Below the pieces are notes generated by a model. It saw only the letters and a list, made by a program, of their open reading frames with translations, made no database searches and was not told the DNA's origin. Source: Mobula birostris (Eukaryota). From it: a DNA stretch of 64,000 nucleotides. Positions 50,340 to 61,235 of this stretch are shown piece after piece (position 1 is the stretch's first letter; the number at the start of each line of letters is the position of its first letter). The DNA is taken from NCBI RefSeq assembly GCF_030028105.1, contig NC_092372.1, positions 2,456,441 to 2,520,440 on the forward strand, in the 5' to 3' direction. A program made the translations under genes and the position numbers.

Positions 50340-52170
50340 GAGTGGAATTGAAATGGGTGGATGAACAGGAGGTCCTGCCTATCACAATGGACAGAGTGAA
50401 GGTGCTCAGCCTGCATCCAGTCTCACTGACGTGGAGGAGGCTACATTATGAGTACCGGTTCCAAGTAATGTTCCTGACAGACTCTCAGGTGAAGTGCTGC
50501 CTCACCTGGAAGGACTATTGAAAGCCCTGAAGTGAGAATGGAGGAGGTAGGTAAGTTCCAGGAGGGAAATCAGTGGAGAGTGACAAGTGAATGGTCTCCC
50601 ATCCCCATGGCATAAACATTGATTCCTCTAACTTCCAAGAACTGCTCCCTGTGTTCTACTCGACCCCTTTGCTCTCCTCATTCTGACAGTCTGTCACTTC
50701 TTTAAGCCTCTTATTCCTATCCCCTCCCAGCTTCATCATTGTGCCCTGTCATTTCCCCTCCACCTACCTACCTTCCTCTCCGTCCGGCCTCACCCATCAC
50801 CTCCTCTTTACGTCACTTTCCTCTCCGGTCAGATTCCTCCTTCCACAGTCCTCCGTATCCTGCACTTCCAGCTTTTCCCATCATCCTCACCGGTCACCTG
50901 CCATCTTGTACTCCACCCCCTCGTCCAGTTCCGACGCAGATCCAAATTCTCACCTCTTTCTTCCCCTCCATAGACACTGCCTGGCCTGCTGAGTTGCTCC
51001 AGTATTTATTTTGCCAAATTTACAGCATTTGCAGAACTCTGTGCCTGCTTGAGAAAACTGATCATTACTATGTAGATGGGACCAGTGAAGGCCAGTGGCG
51101 TGGAAAGTCAGTGAAAGCAGGTGATTTTATTAACACCAGTGGTGTGGCTGGGCTGGTAGATTTTATTAATATAATTTCTACCAGAAGAGATATAATGTGG
51201 TTGAGATGGTTCTCCCTGGAAAGAGGATGAGGTTTGTAAATTATGAGGGGCACAGAATAATGTAGATGATAACACACAAAATGCTGGCGGATTCAGACCA
51301 GGCAGCTTCCATGGAAAAGAGTACAGTCAACGTTTCGGGCCGCGGCCCCTCATCGGATCTACAGTAAAAAAGAGAAGTTTGTGCAAGATGGTGGGAGGAG
51401 GGGAGGAAGAAATACGAGGTGATGGATGAAACTGGGAGGGGGGAAGAGGCGATGTAAACAGCTGGGAAGCTGATAGGTGTAAGCGATGAAGAGCTGGAGG
51501 AGGGGGAACCTGACAGGAGAGGGTAGAGGACCATGAAAGAAAAGGAAGCTGCCGGAGCACCCATCCTACCAGATGGGTGTGTAAGGAGACGAGGTGGGAG
51601 AGGGGATGGGGAATGGTGAAAGGGGGGGGCAATTGCCAGAAGATAGAGAGATCAATGTTCATGCCATCAGGTTGGAGGCTGCCCAGACGGAATACAAGGT
51701 GTTGCTCCTCCAACCTGAGTGTGGTCTCACCGCGACAGTGGAGAATGATCCCTGCGGAAAGTGGGATCGCTCCCCATGCAATTCCCTTGTCCATCCATCC
51801 CTCCTGGCACTAATCCTTGCAAGTGGAGCAAGTCACCTGCTCCTTCACTACTATTCAGGGCCTCCAGCTGAGGTGGCACCGAGAGTCTGTTGGGGTCCTG
51901 TACTGTATTCGGTGCTCTGGGTGTGGCCTCCTGTATGTCGGTGAGTCTGTTGGCGTCCGATACTATTTTCGCAGACTGGAAGACTGTTTCTTCCTCTTCT
52001 CCCCCCGCATTCTTGCTCCAACTTCTATTTTTTTTCCCAGTCCTGTTGAAGGGTCTCGGCACGAAACATCCATAGTTTTACTCTTTTCCATAGATGTTGC
52101 CTGCCCTCCTGATTTCCTCCAGCATTTTGTGTGTGTTGTTTGGATTTCCAGCAACTGCAGATTTTCTCGT
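50340..52170. mobile_element. Two older Penelope-like inverted structures (~50340-51040 and ~51270-52170) with degenerate hammerheads at 51325-51360 (-) and 52039-52075 (+)
   Basis: ESVGVLYCIRCSGCGLLYVGES (GIY-YIG), LEEQHLVFRLGSLQPDGMNID, and terminal motifs in both orientations. Confidence 0.75.
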
Positions 52171-52282
52171 CAAGGTAGATGGTCACAGGCTTTTCCCTCG
52201 GAGTGGGAGTCTAAAACTTGAAAACTCATGTTTAAGGCGAGAGATGTGAAAGGGAGCTGAGTGAAGCAAACTGCTGGAGGAA

Positions 52283-55200
52283 ATGGGTACAATTACAGCA
52301 TTGGAAATGGACGAGGGAGAGCCGGTGGATGTAGTGTACCTGGACTTTCAGAAAGCCTGTAATAAAGTCCCACATAGCAGATTAGTGGGAATGGGTACAA
52401 TTACAGCATTGGAAATGGACGAGGGAGAGCCGGTGGATGTAGTGTACCTGGACTTTCAGAAAGCCTGTAATAAAGTCCCACATAGCAGATTAGTGGGAAT
52501 GGGTACAATTACAGCATTGGAAATGGACGAGGGAGAGCCGGTGGATGTAGTGTACCTGGACTTTCAGAAAGCCTGTAATAAAGTCCCACATAGCAGATTA
52601 GTGGGAATGGGTACAATTACAGCATTGGAAATGGACGAGGGAGAGCCGGTGGATGTAGTGTACCTGGACTTTCAGAAAGCCTGTAATAAAGTCCCACATA
52701 GCAGATTAGTGGGAATGGGTACAATTACAGCATTGGAAATGGACGAGGGAGAGCCAGTAGAGGTAATGTACCTGGACTTTCAGAAAGCCTGTAATAAAGT
52801 CCCACATAGCAGATTAGTGGGAATGGGTACAATTACAGCATTGGAAATGGACGAGGGAGAGCCGGTGGATGTAGTGTACCTGGACTTTCAGAAAGCCTGT
52901 AATAAAGTCCCACATAGCAGATTAGTGGGAATGGGTACAATTACAGCATTGGAAATGGACGAGGGAGAGCCGGTGGATGTAGTGTACCTGGACTTTCAGA
53001 AAGCCTGTAATAAAGTCCCACATAGCAGATTAGTGGGAATGGGTACAATTACAGCATTGGAAATGGACGAGGGAGAGCCAGTAGAGGTAATGTACCTGGA
53101 CTTTCAGAAAGCCTGTAATAAAGTCCCACATAGCAGATTAGTGGGAATGGGTACAATTACAGCATTGGAAATGGACGAGGGAGAGCCAGTAGAGGTAATG
53201 TACCTGGACTTTCTGAAAGACTGTAATAAAGTCCCACATAGCAGATTAGTGGGAATGGGTACAATTACAGCATTGGAAATGGACGAGGGAGAGCCAGTAG
53301 AGGTAATGTACCTGGACTTTCTGAAAGACTGTAATAAAGTCCCACATAGCAGATTAGTGGGAATGGGTACAATTACACCATTGGAAATGGACGAGGGAGA
53401 GCCAGTAGAGGTAATGTACCTGGACTTTCAGAAAGCCTGTAATAAAGTCCCACATAGCAGATTAGTGGGAATGGGTACAATTACAGCATTGGAAATGGAC
53501 GAGGGAGAGCCGGTGGATGTAATGTACCTGGACTTTCAGAAAGACTGTAATAAAGTCCCACATAGCAGATTAGTGGGAATGGGTACAATTACAGCATTGG
53601 AAATGGACGAGGGAGAGCCGGTGGATGTAGTGTACCTGGACTTTCAGAAAGCCTGTAATAAAGTCCCACATAGCAGATTAGTGGGAATGGGTACAATTAC
53701 AGCATTGGAAATGGACGAGGGAGAGCCAGTAGAGGTAATGTACCTGGACTTTCAGAAAGCCTGTAATAAAGTCCCACATAGCAGATTAGTGGGAATGGGT
53801 ACAATTACAGCATTGGAAATGGACGAGGGAGAGCCGGTGGATGTAGTGTACCTGGACTTTCAGAAAGCCTGTAATAAAGTCCCACATAGCAGATTAGTGG
53901 GAATGGGTACAATTACAGCATTGGAAATGGACGAGGGAGAGCCAGTAGAGGTAATGTACCTGGACTTTCAGAAAGCCTGTAATAAAGTCCCACATAGCAG
54001 ATTAGTGGGAATGGGTACAATTACACCATTGGAAATGGACGAGGGAGAGCCAGTGGATGTAGTGTACCTGGACTTTCAGAAAGCCTGTAATAAAGTCCCA
54101 CATAGCAGATTAGTGGGAATGGGTACAATTACACCATTGGAAATGGACGAGGGAGAGCCGGTGGATGTAGTGTACCTGGACTTTCAGAAAGCCTGTAATA
54201 AAGTCCCACATAGCAGATTAGTGGGAATGGGTACAATTACAGCATTGGAAATGGACGAGGGAGAGCCAGTAGAGGTAATGTACCTGGACTTTCAGAAAGC
54301 CTGTAATAAAGTCCCACATAGCAGATTAGTGGGAATGGGTACAATTACAGCATTGGAAATGGACGAGGGAGAGCCGGTGGATGTAGTGTACCTGGACTTT
54401 CAGAAAGCCTGTAATAAAGTCCCACATAGCAGATTAGTGGGAATGGGTACAATTACAGCATTGGAAATGGACGAGGGAGAGCCAGTGGATGTAGTGTACC
54501 TGGACTTTCAGAAAGCCTGTAATAAAGTCCCACATAGCAGATTAGTGGGAATGGGTACAATTACAGCATTGGAAATGGACGAGGGAGAGCCGGTGGATGT
54601 AGTGTACCTGGACTTTCAGAAAGCCTGTAATAAAGTCCCACATAGCAGATTAGTGGGAATGGGTACAATTACACCATTGGAAATGGACGAGGGAGAGCCG
54701 GTGGATGTAGTGTACCTGGACTTTCAGAAAGCCTGTAATAAAGTCCCACATAGCAGATTAGTGGGAATGGGTACAATTACAGCATTGGAAATGGACGAGG
54801 GAGAGCCGGTGGATGTAATGTACCTGGACTTTCAGAAAGCCTGTAATAAAGTCCCACATAGCAGATTAGTGGGAATGGGTACAATTACAGCATTGGAAAT
54901 GGACGAGGGAGAGCCGGTGGATGTAGTGTACCTGGACTTTCAGAAAGCCTGTAATAAAGTCCCACATAGCAGATTAGTGGGAATGGGTACAATTACAGCA
55001 TTGGAAATGGACGAGGGAGAGCCAGTAGAGGTAATGTACCTGGACTTTCAGAAAGACTGTAATAAAGTCCCACATAGCAGATTAGTGGGAATGGGTACAA
55101 TTACAGCATTGGAAATGGACGAGGGAGAGCCGGTGGATGTAGTGTACCTGGACTTTCAGAAAGCCTGTAATAAAGTCCCACATAGCAGATTAGTGGGAAT

Positions 55201-56062
55201 GGGTACAATTACAGCATTGGAAATGGACGAGGGAGAGCCGGTGGATGTAGTGTACCTGGACTTTCAGAAAGCCTGTAATAAAGTCCCACATAGCAGATTA
55301 GTGGGAATGGGTACAATTACAGCATTGGAAATGGACGAGGGAGAGCCGGTGGATGTAGTGTACCTGGACTTTCAGAAAGCCTGTAATAAAGTCCCACATA
55401 GCAGATTAGTGGGAATGGGTACAATTACACCATTGGAAATGGACGAGGGAGAGCCAGTAGAGGTAATGTACCTGGACTTTCAGAAAGCCTGTAATAAAGT
55501 CCCACATAGCAGATTAGTGGGAATGGGTACAATTACAGCATTGGAAATGGACGAGGGAGAGCCAGTAGAGGTAATGTACCTGGACTTTCAGAAAGCCTGT
55601 AATAAAGTCCCACATAGCAGATTAGTGGGAATGGGTACAATTACAGCATTGGAAATGGACGAGGGAGAGCCGGTGGATGTAGTGTACCTGGACTTTCAGA
55701 AAGCCTGTAATAAAGTCCCACATAGCAGATTAGTGGGAATGGGTACAATTACACCATTAGAAATGGACGAGGGAGAGCCGGTGGATGTAGTGTACCTGGA
55801 CTTTCAGAAAGACTGTAATAAAGTCCCACATAGCAGATTAGTGGGAATGGGTACAATTACAGCATTGGAAATGGACGAGGGAGAGCCAGTAGAGGTAATG
55901 TACCTGGACTTTCAGAAAGCCTGTAATAAAGTCCCACATAGCAGATTAGTGGGAATGGGTACAATTACAGCATTGGAAATGGACGAGGGAGAGCCAGTAG
56001 AGGTAATGTACCTGGACTTTCAGAAAGCCTGTAATAAAGTCCCACATAGCAGATTAGTGGGC
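52283..56062 (+). repeat. 35 x 108 bp CR1-derived tandem array, in frame (ORF 52283-56194)
   Basis: Exact 108-bp period (35 x 108 = 3780). Unit translates MGTITALEMDEGEPVDVVYLDFQKACNKVPHSRLVG, mostly CR1 RT motif A. The last unit runs directly into CR1 ORF2. Confidence 0.97.
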
Positions 56063-57205
56063 AAAATTAGGGCAGATGGTATTGGGGGCAGAGTACTGAC
56101 ATGGATTGAAAATTGGCTGGCTGACAGAAAACAAAGAGTAGCGATTAATGGGTCGCTTTCGGAATGGCAGGCGGTGACCAGTGGGGTACCGTAAGGTTCA
56201 GTGCTGGGACGGCAGCTGTTTACAATATACATTAATGATTTAGATGAGGGAATTAAAAGGAACATTAGCAAATTTGCTGATGACACAAAGCTGGGTGGCA
56301 GTGTGGAATGTGAGGAGGATGTTATGAGACTGCAGGGTGACTTGGACCGGCTGGGTGAGTGGGCAGATGCATGGCAGATGCAGTTTAATGTGGATAAATG
56401 TGAGGTTATCCACGTTGGTGGCAAGAACAGGAAGGCAGATTATTATCTAAATGGAGTCAAGTTAGGAAAAGGGGAAGCACAATGAGATCTAGGTGTTCTT
56501 GTATATCAGTCACTGAAAGCAAGCATGCAGGTACAGCAGGCAGTGAAGAAAGCTAATGGCATGCTGGCCTTCATAACAAGGGGAATTGAGTATAGGAGCA
56601 AAGAGGTCGTTCTGCAGTTGTACAAGGCCCTGGTGAGACCACACCTGGAGTACTGTGTGCAGTTTTGGTCTCCAAATTTGAGGAAGGACATTCTTGCTAT
56701 TGAGGAAGTGCAGCGTAGCTTAACAGGGTTAATTCCCGGGATGGCGGGACTGTCATGTGTTGAAAGATTGGAACAACTGGGCTTGTATACACTGGAATTT
56801 AGAAGGATGAGAGGGGTTGTGATTGAAACATATAAGATTATTAAGGGATTGGACACGCTGCAGGCAGGAAGCATGTTCCTGCTGATGGGTGAGTCCAGAA
56901 CCAGAGGCCACAGTTTAAGAATTAGGGGTAGGCCATTTAGAACGGAGTTGAGGAAAATCTTTTTCACCCAGAGAGTGGAGGATATATGGAATGCTGTGCC
57001 CCAGAAGGCTGTGGAGGCCAAGTCTCTGGATGCTTTCAAAAAAGAGATGAATAGAGCTCTTAAAGATAGCGGAATCAAAGGTTATGGGGATAAGGCAGGA
57101 ACTGGATACTGATAGTGGCTGATCAGCCATGATCACAGCGAATGGCGGTGCTGTCTCGAAGGGCCAAATGGTCTACTCCTGCACCTATTGTCTATTGTCC
57201 ATTGT
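56063..57205 (+). mobile_element. 5'-truncated CR1 (RT plus 3' UTR) contiguous with the 108-bp array
   Basis: SGVP*GS (nonsense at 56192-94), KFADDTK, LVRPHLEYCVQFWSP and a (CTATTGT)n tail. Confidence 0.9.
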
Positions 57206-57678
57206 CTATTTCTACAGGGGCACAATTGAGAGCATCATGATGGGCTGCATCACTGCCTGGTATGGGAACTGTACTTCCCTTAATCGCAGGACTCTGCAGA
57301 GAGTGGTGTGGACAGCCCAGCGCATCTCCAGCTGTGAACTTCTCACTATTCAGGAGATTTACAAAGACCGGTGTGTAAAAAGGGCCCGAAGGATCACTGG
57401 GGACCCAAATGACCCCAACCACGAACTGTTCCAGCTGCTACCATCCGGGAAACGGTACCGCAGCATAAAAGCCAGAACCAACAGGCTCCGGGACAGATTC
57501 TTCCACCAGACCATCAGACTGATTCATTCATGCTGACACAATTGTATTTCTATGTTATATTGACTGCCCGAATGTACATACTATTTTTTACAAATTACTA
57601 TCAATTACACATTTGGGCAGCGAAGGGATTTTTACTCCTCGTAGATGAAGGATGTAAGAAATGAAGTCAAATCAATTC
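57206..57678 (+). mobile_element. Rex1/Babar-like LINE 3' end
   Basis: FYRGTIES...CITAWYGN...LPSGKRYRSIKARTNRLRDRFF. Confidence 0.82.
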
Positions 57679-57835
57679 AAATGGATACGGACAGAAAGGT
57701 TTACAGTTCCGGAGGACGGGGGGGCCGGAGGAATTGACGGACCAGCTCAGGTCGGAATCTTGATCTGAACGGACAGGTCGTGCTGAAGCGGAAAGGTTAC
57801 CTCATTTCCGGTTTGTGAGGGTCGTGTAAGTCGCC

Positions 57836-57877
57836 ATGAGTCGGGCTTGGGCGGTGCTCGGAATCCGGGGGTGGCGG
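57836..57877 (+). CDS. Putative first coding exon of an unidentified gene (MSRAWAVLGIRGWR)
   Basis: CpG-rich context, ETS-type ATTTCCGGT at 57804-57812, gccATG start, and strong phase-0 donor CGG|GTGAGT at 57878. No second exon found in the window. Confidence 0.45.
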
Positions 57878-58640
57878 GTGAGTGTCGGGGGTCGGGGTCG
57901 GGCGTATCGCTGTGGTCGGGGTGGCGGGTGAGTGTCGGGGGTCGGGGTCGGGCGTATCGCTGTGGTCGGGGTGGGGGTGAGTGTCGGGGGTCGGGGTCGG
58001 GCGTATCGCTGTGGTCGGGGTGGGGGTGAGTGTTGGGGGTCGGGGTCGGGCGTATCGCTGTGGTCGGGGTGGGGGTGAGTGTCGGGGGTCGGGGTCGGGC
58101 GTATCGCTGTGGTCGGGGTGGGGGTCCAGTGTGTTGGGGGGTTTGGGGTGGCGGGTGAGTGTCTGGAGGGGGTGGGGGTCTGGGTGGGGGTGAGTGTGGA
58201 GCGTATCGCTGTGGTCGGGGTGGGAGTCCGGTGTGTCGGGGGGTTGGGGTGGGGGTCGAACGTCTCTGGGGGTGAAGTGTGTGAAGGGGATGGGGGGTTT
58301 GAGTGTGTTGGGGATAATTGGGGGGGGTTTGAGTGTGTCTGGGGGTGGGGGTAGGGTTGAGTGTGTGGAAGGGGTTGGGGATTGGGGGTCGAACGTGCCT
58401 GGCTGGGAGTGAAGCATGTGAAGGGGATGGGGGGGTTTGAGTGTTTCGGGGGGGTCGGGGTCAGGTGTATCACTGTGGTCGGGGTGGGGGTCGAGTGTGT
58501 CGGGGATTGGGGGGTTGAGTGTGTCGCAGGGGTTGGGGATTGGGGTCGAACGTCTCTGGGGGTGAAGTGTGTGAAGGGGATGGGGGGTTTCAGTGTGTTG
58601 GGGATAATTGGGGGGTGGGTCGAGCATGTTTGGGTGGTGG
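57868..58640 (+). repeat. G-rich ~50 bp minisatellite plus diverged G-rich units
   Basis: gggtgagtgtcgggggtcggggtcgggcgtatcgctgtggtcggggtgg repeated about 5 times, followed by related longer units. Confidence 0.9.
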
Positions 58641-59106
58641 TACGTGGCTGGTGAGTATGCCCTGCGGTCGAGTGGGCAGTGCGTGTATACAGGGATCCAG
58701 GTTTGGGGTGAAAGCTGCGTGTAAATAATTATTCGATTGCATTGTTGTGAAAAGTAATCTGGTTCTTTAATTTGGTTGAGAGCATGTAAGATGTGGAAGA
58801 TCTAGAGAGGGTGCAGATGAGACTTACCAAGATCCGTCTGGATTAGGGAGCATGTCTCATCAGGATAGGCTGATCGAGCGAGGGCTTTTCTCTTTGGAGT
58901 AAAGCACGAAGCGATGTACAAGACAACAAGAAGCATAGATTGAGTGGATGACCAGAGGCTGTTTCCCAGGGTGGAAATGGACATTACCCGGAGACATAAT
59001 TTTAAACTGATTGGAGGAGAGTATAAGGAAATGCTAAAATTAAGTTCTTTTTGCACAGAGAGTGGTGGATGTCTGGAACACACTGCCAGGAGTGGTGATG
59101 GAGGCA

Positions 59107-61235
59107 GAAACATAGAAACATAGAAAATAGGTGCAGGAGTAGGCCATTCGACCCTTCGAGCCTGCACTGCCATTCAGTATGATCATGGCTGATCATCCAA
59201 CTCAGAACCCTGTACCTGCCTTCCCTCCATACCCCCTGATCCCTTTAGCCACAAGGGCCATATCTAACTCCCTCTTAAATATAGCCAATGAACTGGCCTC
59301 AACTGTTTCCTGTGGCAGAGAATTCCACAGATTCACCACTCTCTGAGTGAAGAAGTGTTTCCTAATCTCGGTCCTAAAAGGCTTCTCCTTTATCCTCAAA
59401 CTGTGACCCCTCGTTCTGGACTTCCCCAACATCGGGAACAATCTTCCTGCATCTAGCCTGTCCAATCCCTTTAGGATTTTATATGTTTCGATAAGATCCC
59501 CCCTCAATCTTCTAAATTCCAACGAGTATAAGCCTAGTTCATCCAGTCTTTCTTCATATGAAAGTCCTGCCATCCCAGGAATCAATCTGGTGAACCTTCT
59601 TTGTACTCCCTCTATGGCAAGAATGTCTTTCCTCAGATTAGGGGACCAAAACTGCACACAATACTCCAGGTGTGGTTTCACCAAGGCCTTGTACAACTGC
59701 AGTAGTACCTCCCTGCGCCTGTACTCGAATCCTCTCGCTATAAATGCCAGCATACCATTCGCCTTTTTCACCGTCTGCTGTACCTGCATGCCCACTTTCA
59801 ATGACTGGTGTGTAATGACACCCAGGTCTCGTTGCACCTCCCCTTTTCCTAATTGGCATTCCTGCCCGTGGCCATCAAACTTTACAACTCCTCCCTTGGA
59901 GGGTCAGACACCCTGAGCCGATAGGCTGGTCCTGGACTTATTTCATAATTTACTGGCATAATTTACATATTACTATTTAACTAATTATTACTGTTCGATT
60001 ACTATTTATTATTCCCCTGATTATTACTATATACTATTTACTAATAGTAGTATTACTATTACTATTTCTATTACTGTTTATTATTTATGGTGCAACTGTA
60101 ACAAAAACCAATTTGCCCCGGGATCAATAAAGTATGACTATGACTATTGGCTGCCATTCAGATAATAATCTCTTTTGCCTGTTCTTGCCACCAAAGTGGA
60201 TAACCTCACATTTATCCACATTAAATTGCATCTGCCATGAATTTGCCCACTCACCCAACCTATCCAAGTCACCCTGCATCCTCTTAGCATCCTCCTCACA
60301 GCTAACACTGCCCGCCCAGCTTCGTGTCATCCGCAAACATGGAGATGCTGCATTTAATTCCCTCCTCTAAGTCATTAATATATATTGTAAACAGCTGGGG
60401 TCCCAGCACTGAGCCTTGCAGTACCCCACTAGTCACTGCCTGCCATTCTGAAAAGGTCCCGTTTATTCCCACTCTTTGCTTCCTGTCTGCTAACCAATTC
60501 TCTATCCACATCAATACCTTACCCCCAATACCGTGTGCTTTAAGTTTGTACACTGATCTCCTGTGTGGGACCTTGTCAAAAGCCTTTTGAAAATCCAAAT
60601 ATACCACATCCACTGGTTCTCCCCTATCCATTCTACTAGTTACATTCTCAAAAAATTCTATGAGATTCGTCAGACATGATTTTCCTTTCACAAATCCATG
60701 CTGACTTTGTCCGATAATTTCACTGCTTTCCAAATGTGCTGTTATCACATCTTTGATAACTGACTCTAGCAGTTTTCCCACCACGGACGTTAGGCTAACC
60801 GGTCGATAATTCCCCGGTTTCTCTCTCCCTCCTTTTCTAAAAAGAGGGGTTACATTAGCCACCCTCCAATCCTCAGGAACTAGTCCAGATTCTAAAGAGT
60901 TTTGAGAAATTATCACTAATGCATCCACTATTTCTTGGGCAACTTCCTTAAGCACTCTGGGATGCAGACCATCTGGCCCTGGGGATTTATCTGCTTTTAA
61001 TCCCTTCAATTTACCTAACATCACTTCCCTACTAACATGTATTTCGCTCAGAACCAAAGTAGTTATTCAATTGGTCTGCCATGTCCTTGCTCCCCATAAT
61101 CAATTCACCTGTTTCTGTCTGTAGGGGACCTACATTTGTCTTAACCAATCTTTTTCTTTTCACATATCTATAAAAGCTTTTACGGTCAGTTTTTATGTTC
61201 CCTGCCAGCTTTCTCTCATAATCTTTTTTCCCTTT
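59107..61235 (-). mobile_element. Young CR1, 5'-truncated, containing a Rex1-like 3' end insertion (59858-60145, TSD ATTGGC)
   Basis: Long ORF2 fragments 59202-59837 and 60302-61057. The insert matches the 4700-4910 family with a TATGAC tail. Confidence 0.9.

Noticed and set aside
52283-56062. CRISPR-like array or an established host repeat-protein gene
   Set aside because: There are no unique spacers and no cas genes, and the context is eukaryotic. The unit is traceable to CR1 sequence, and I see no promoter or splice support.
57797-58728. Pro/Thr/His-rich minus-strand ORFs
   Set aside because: Translations of the G-rich repeat with no domain signal.
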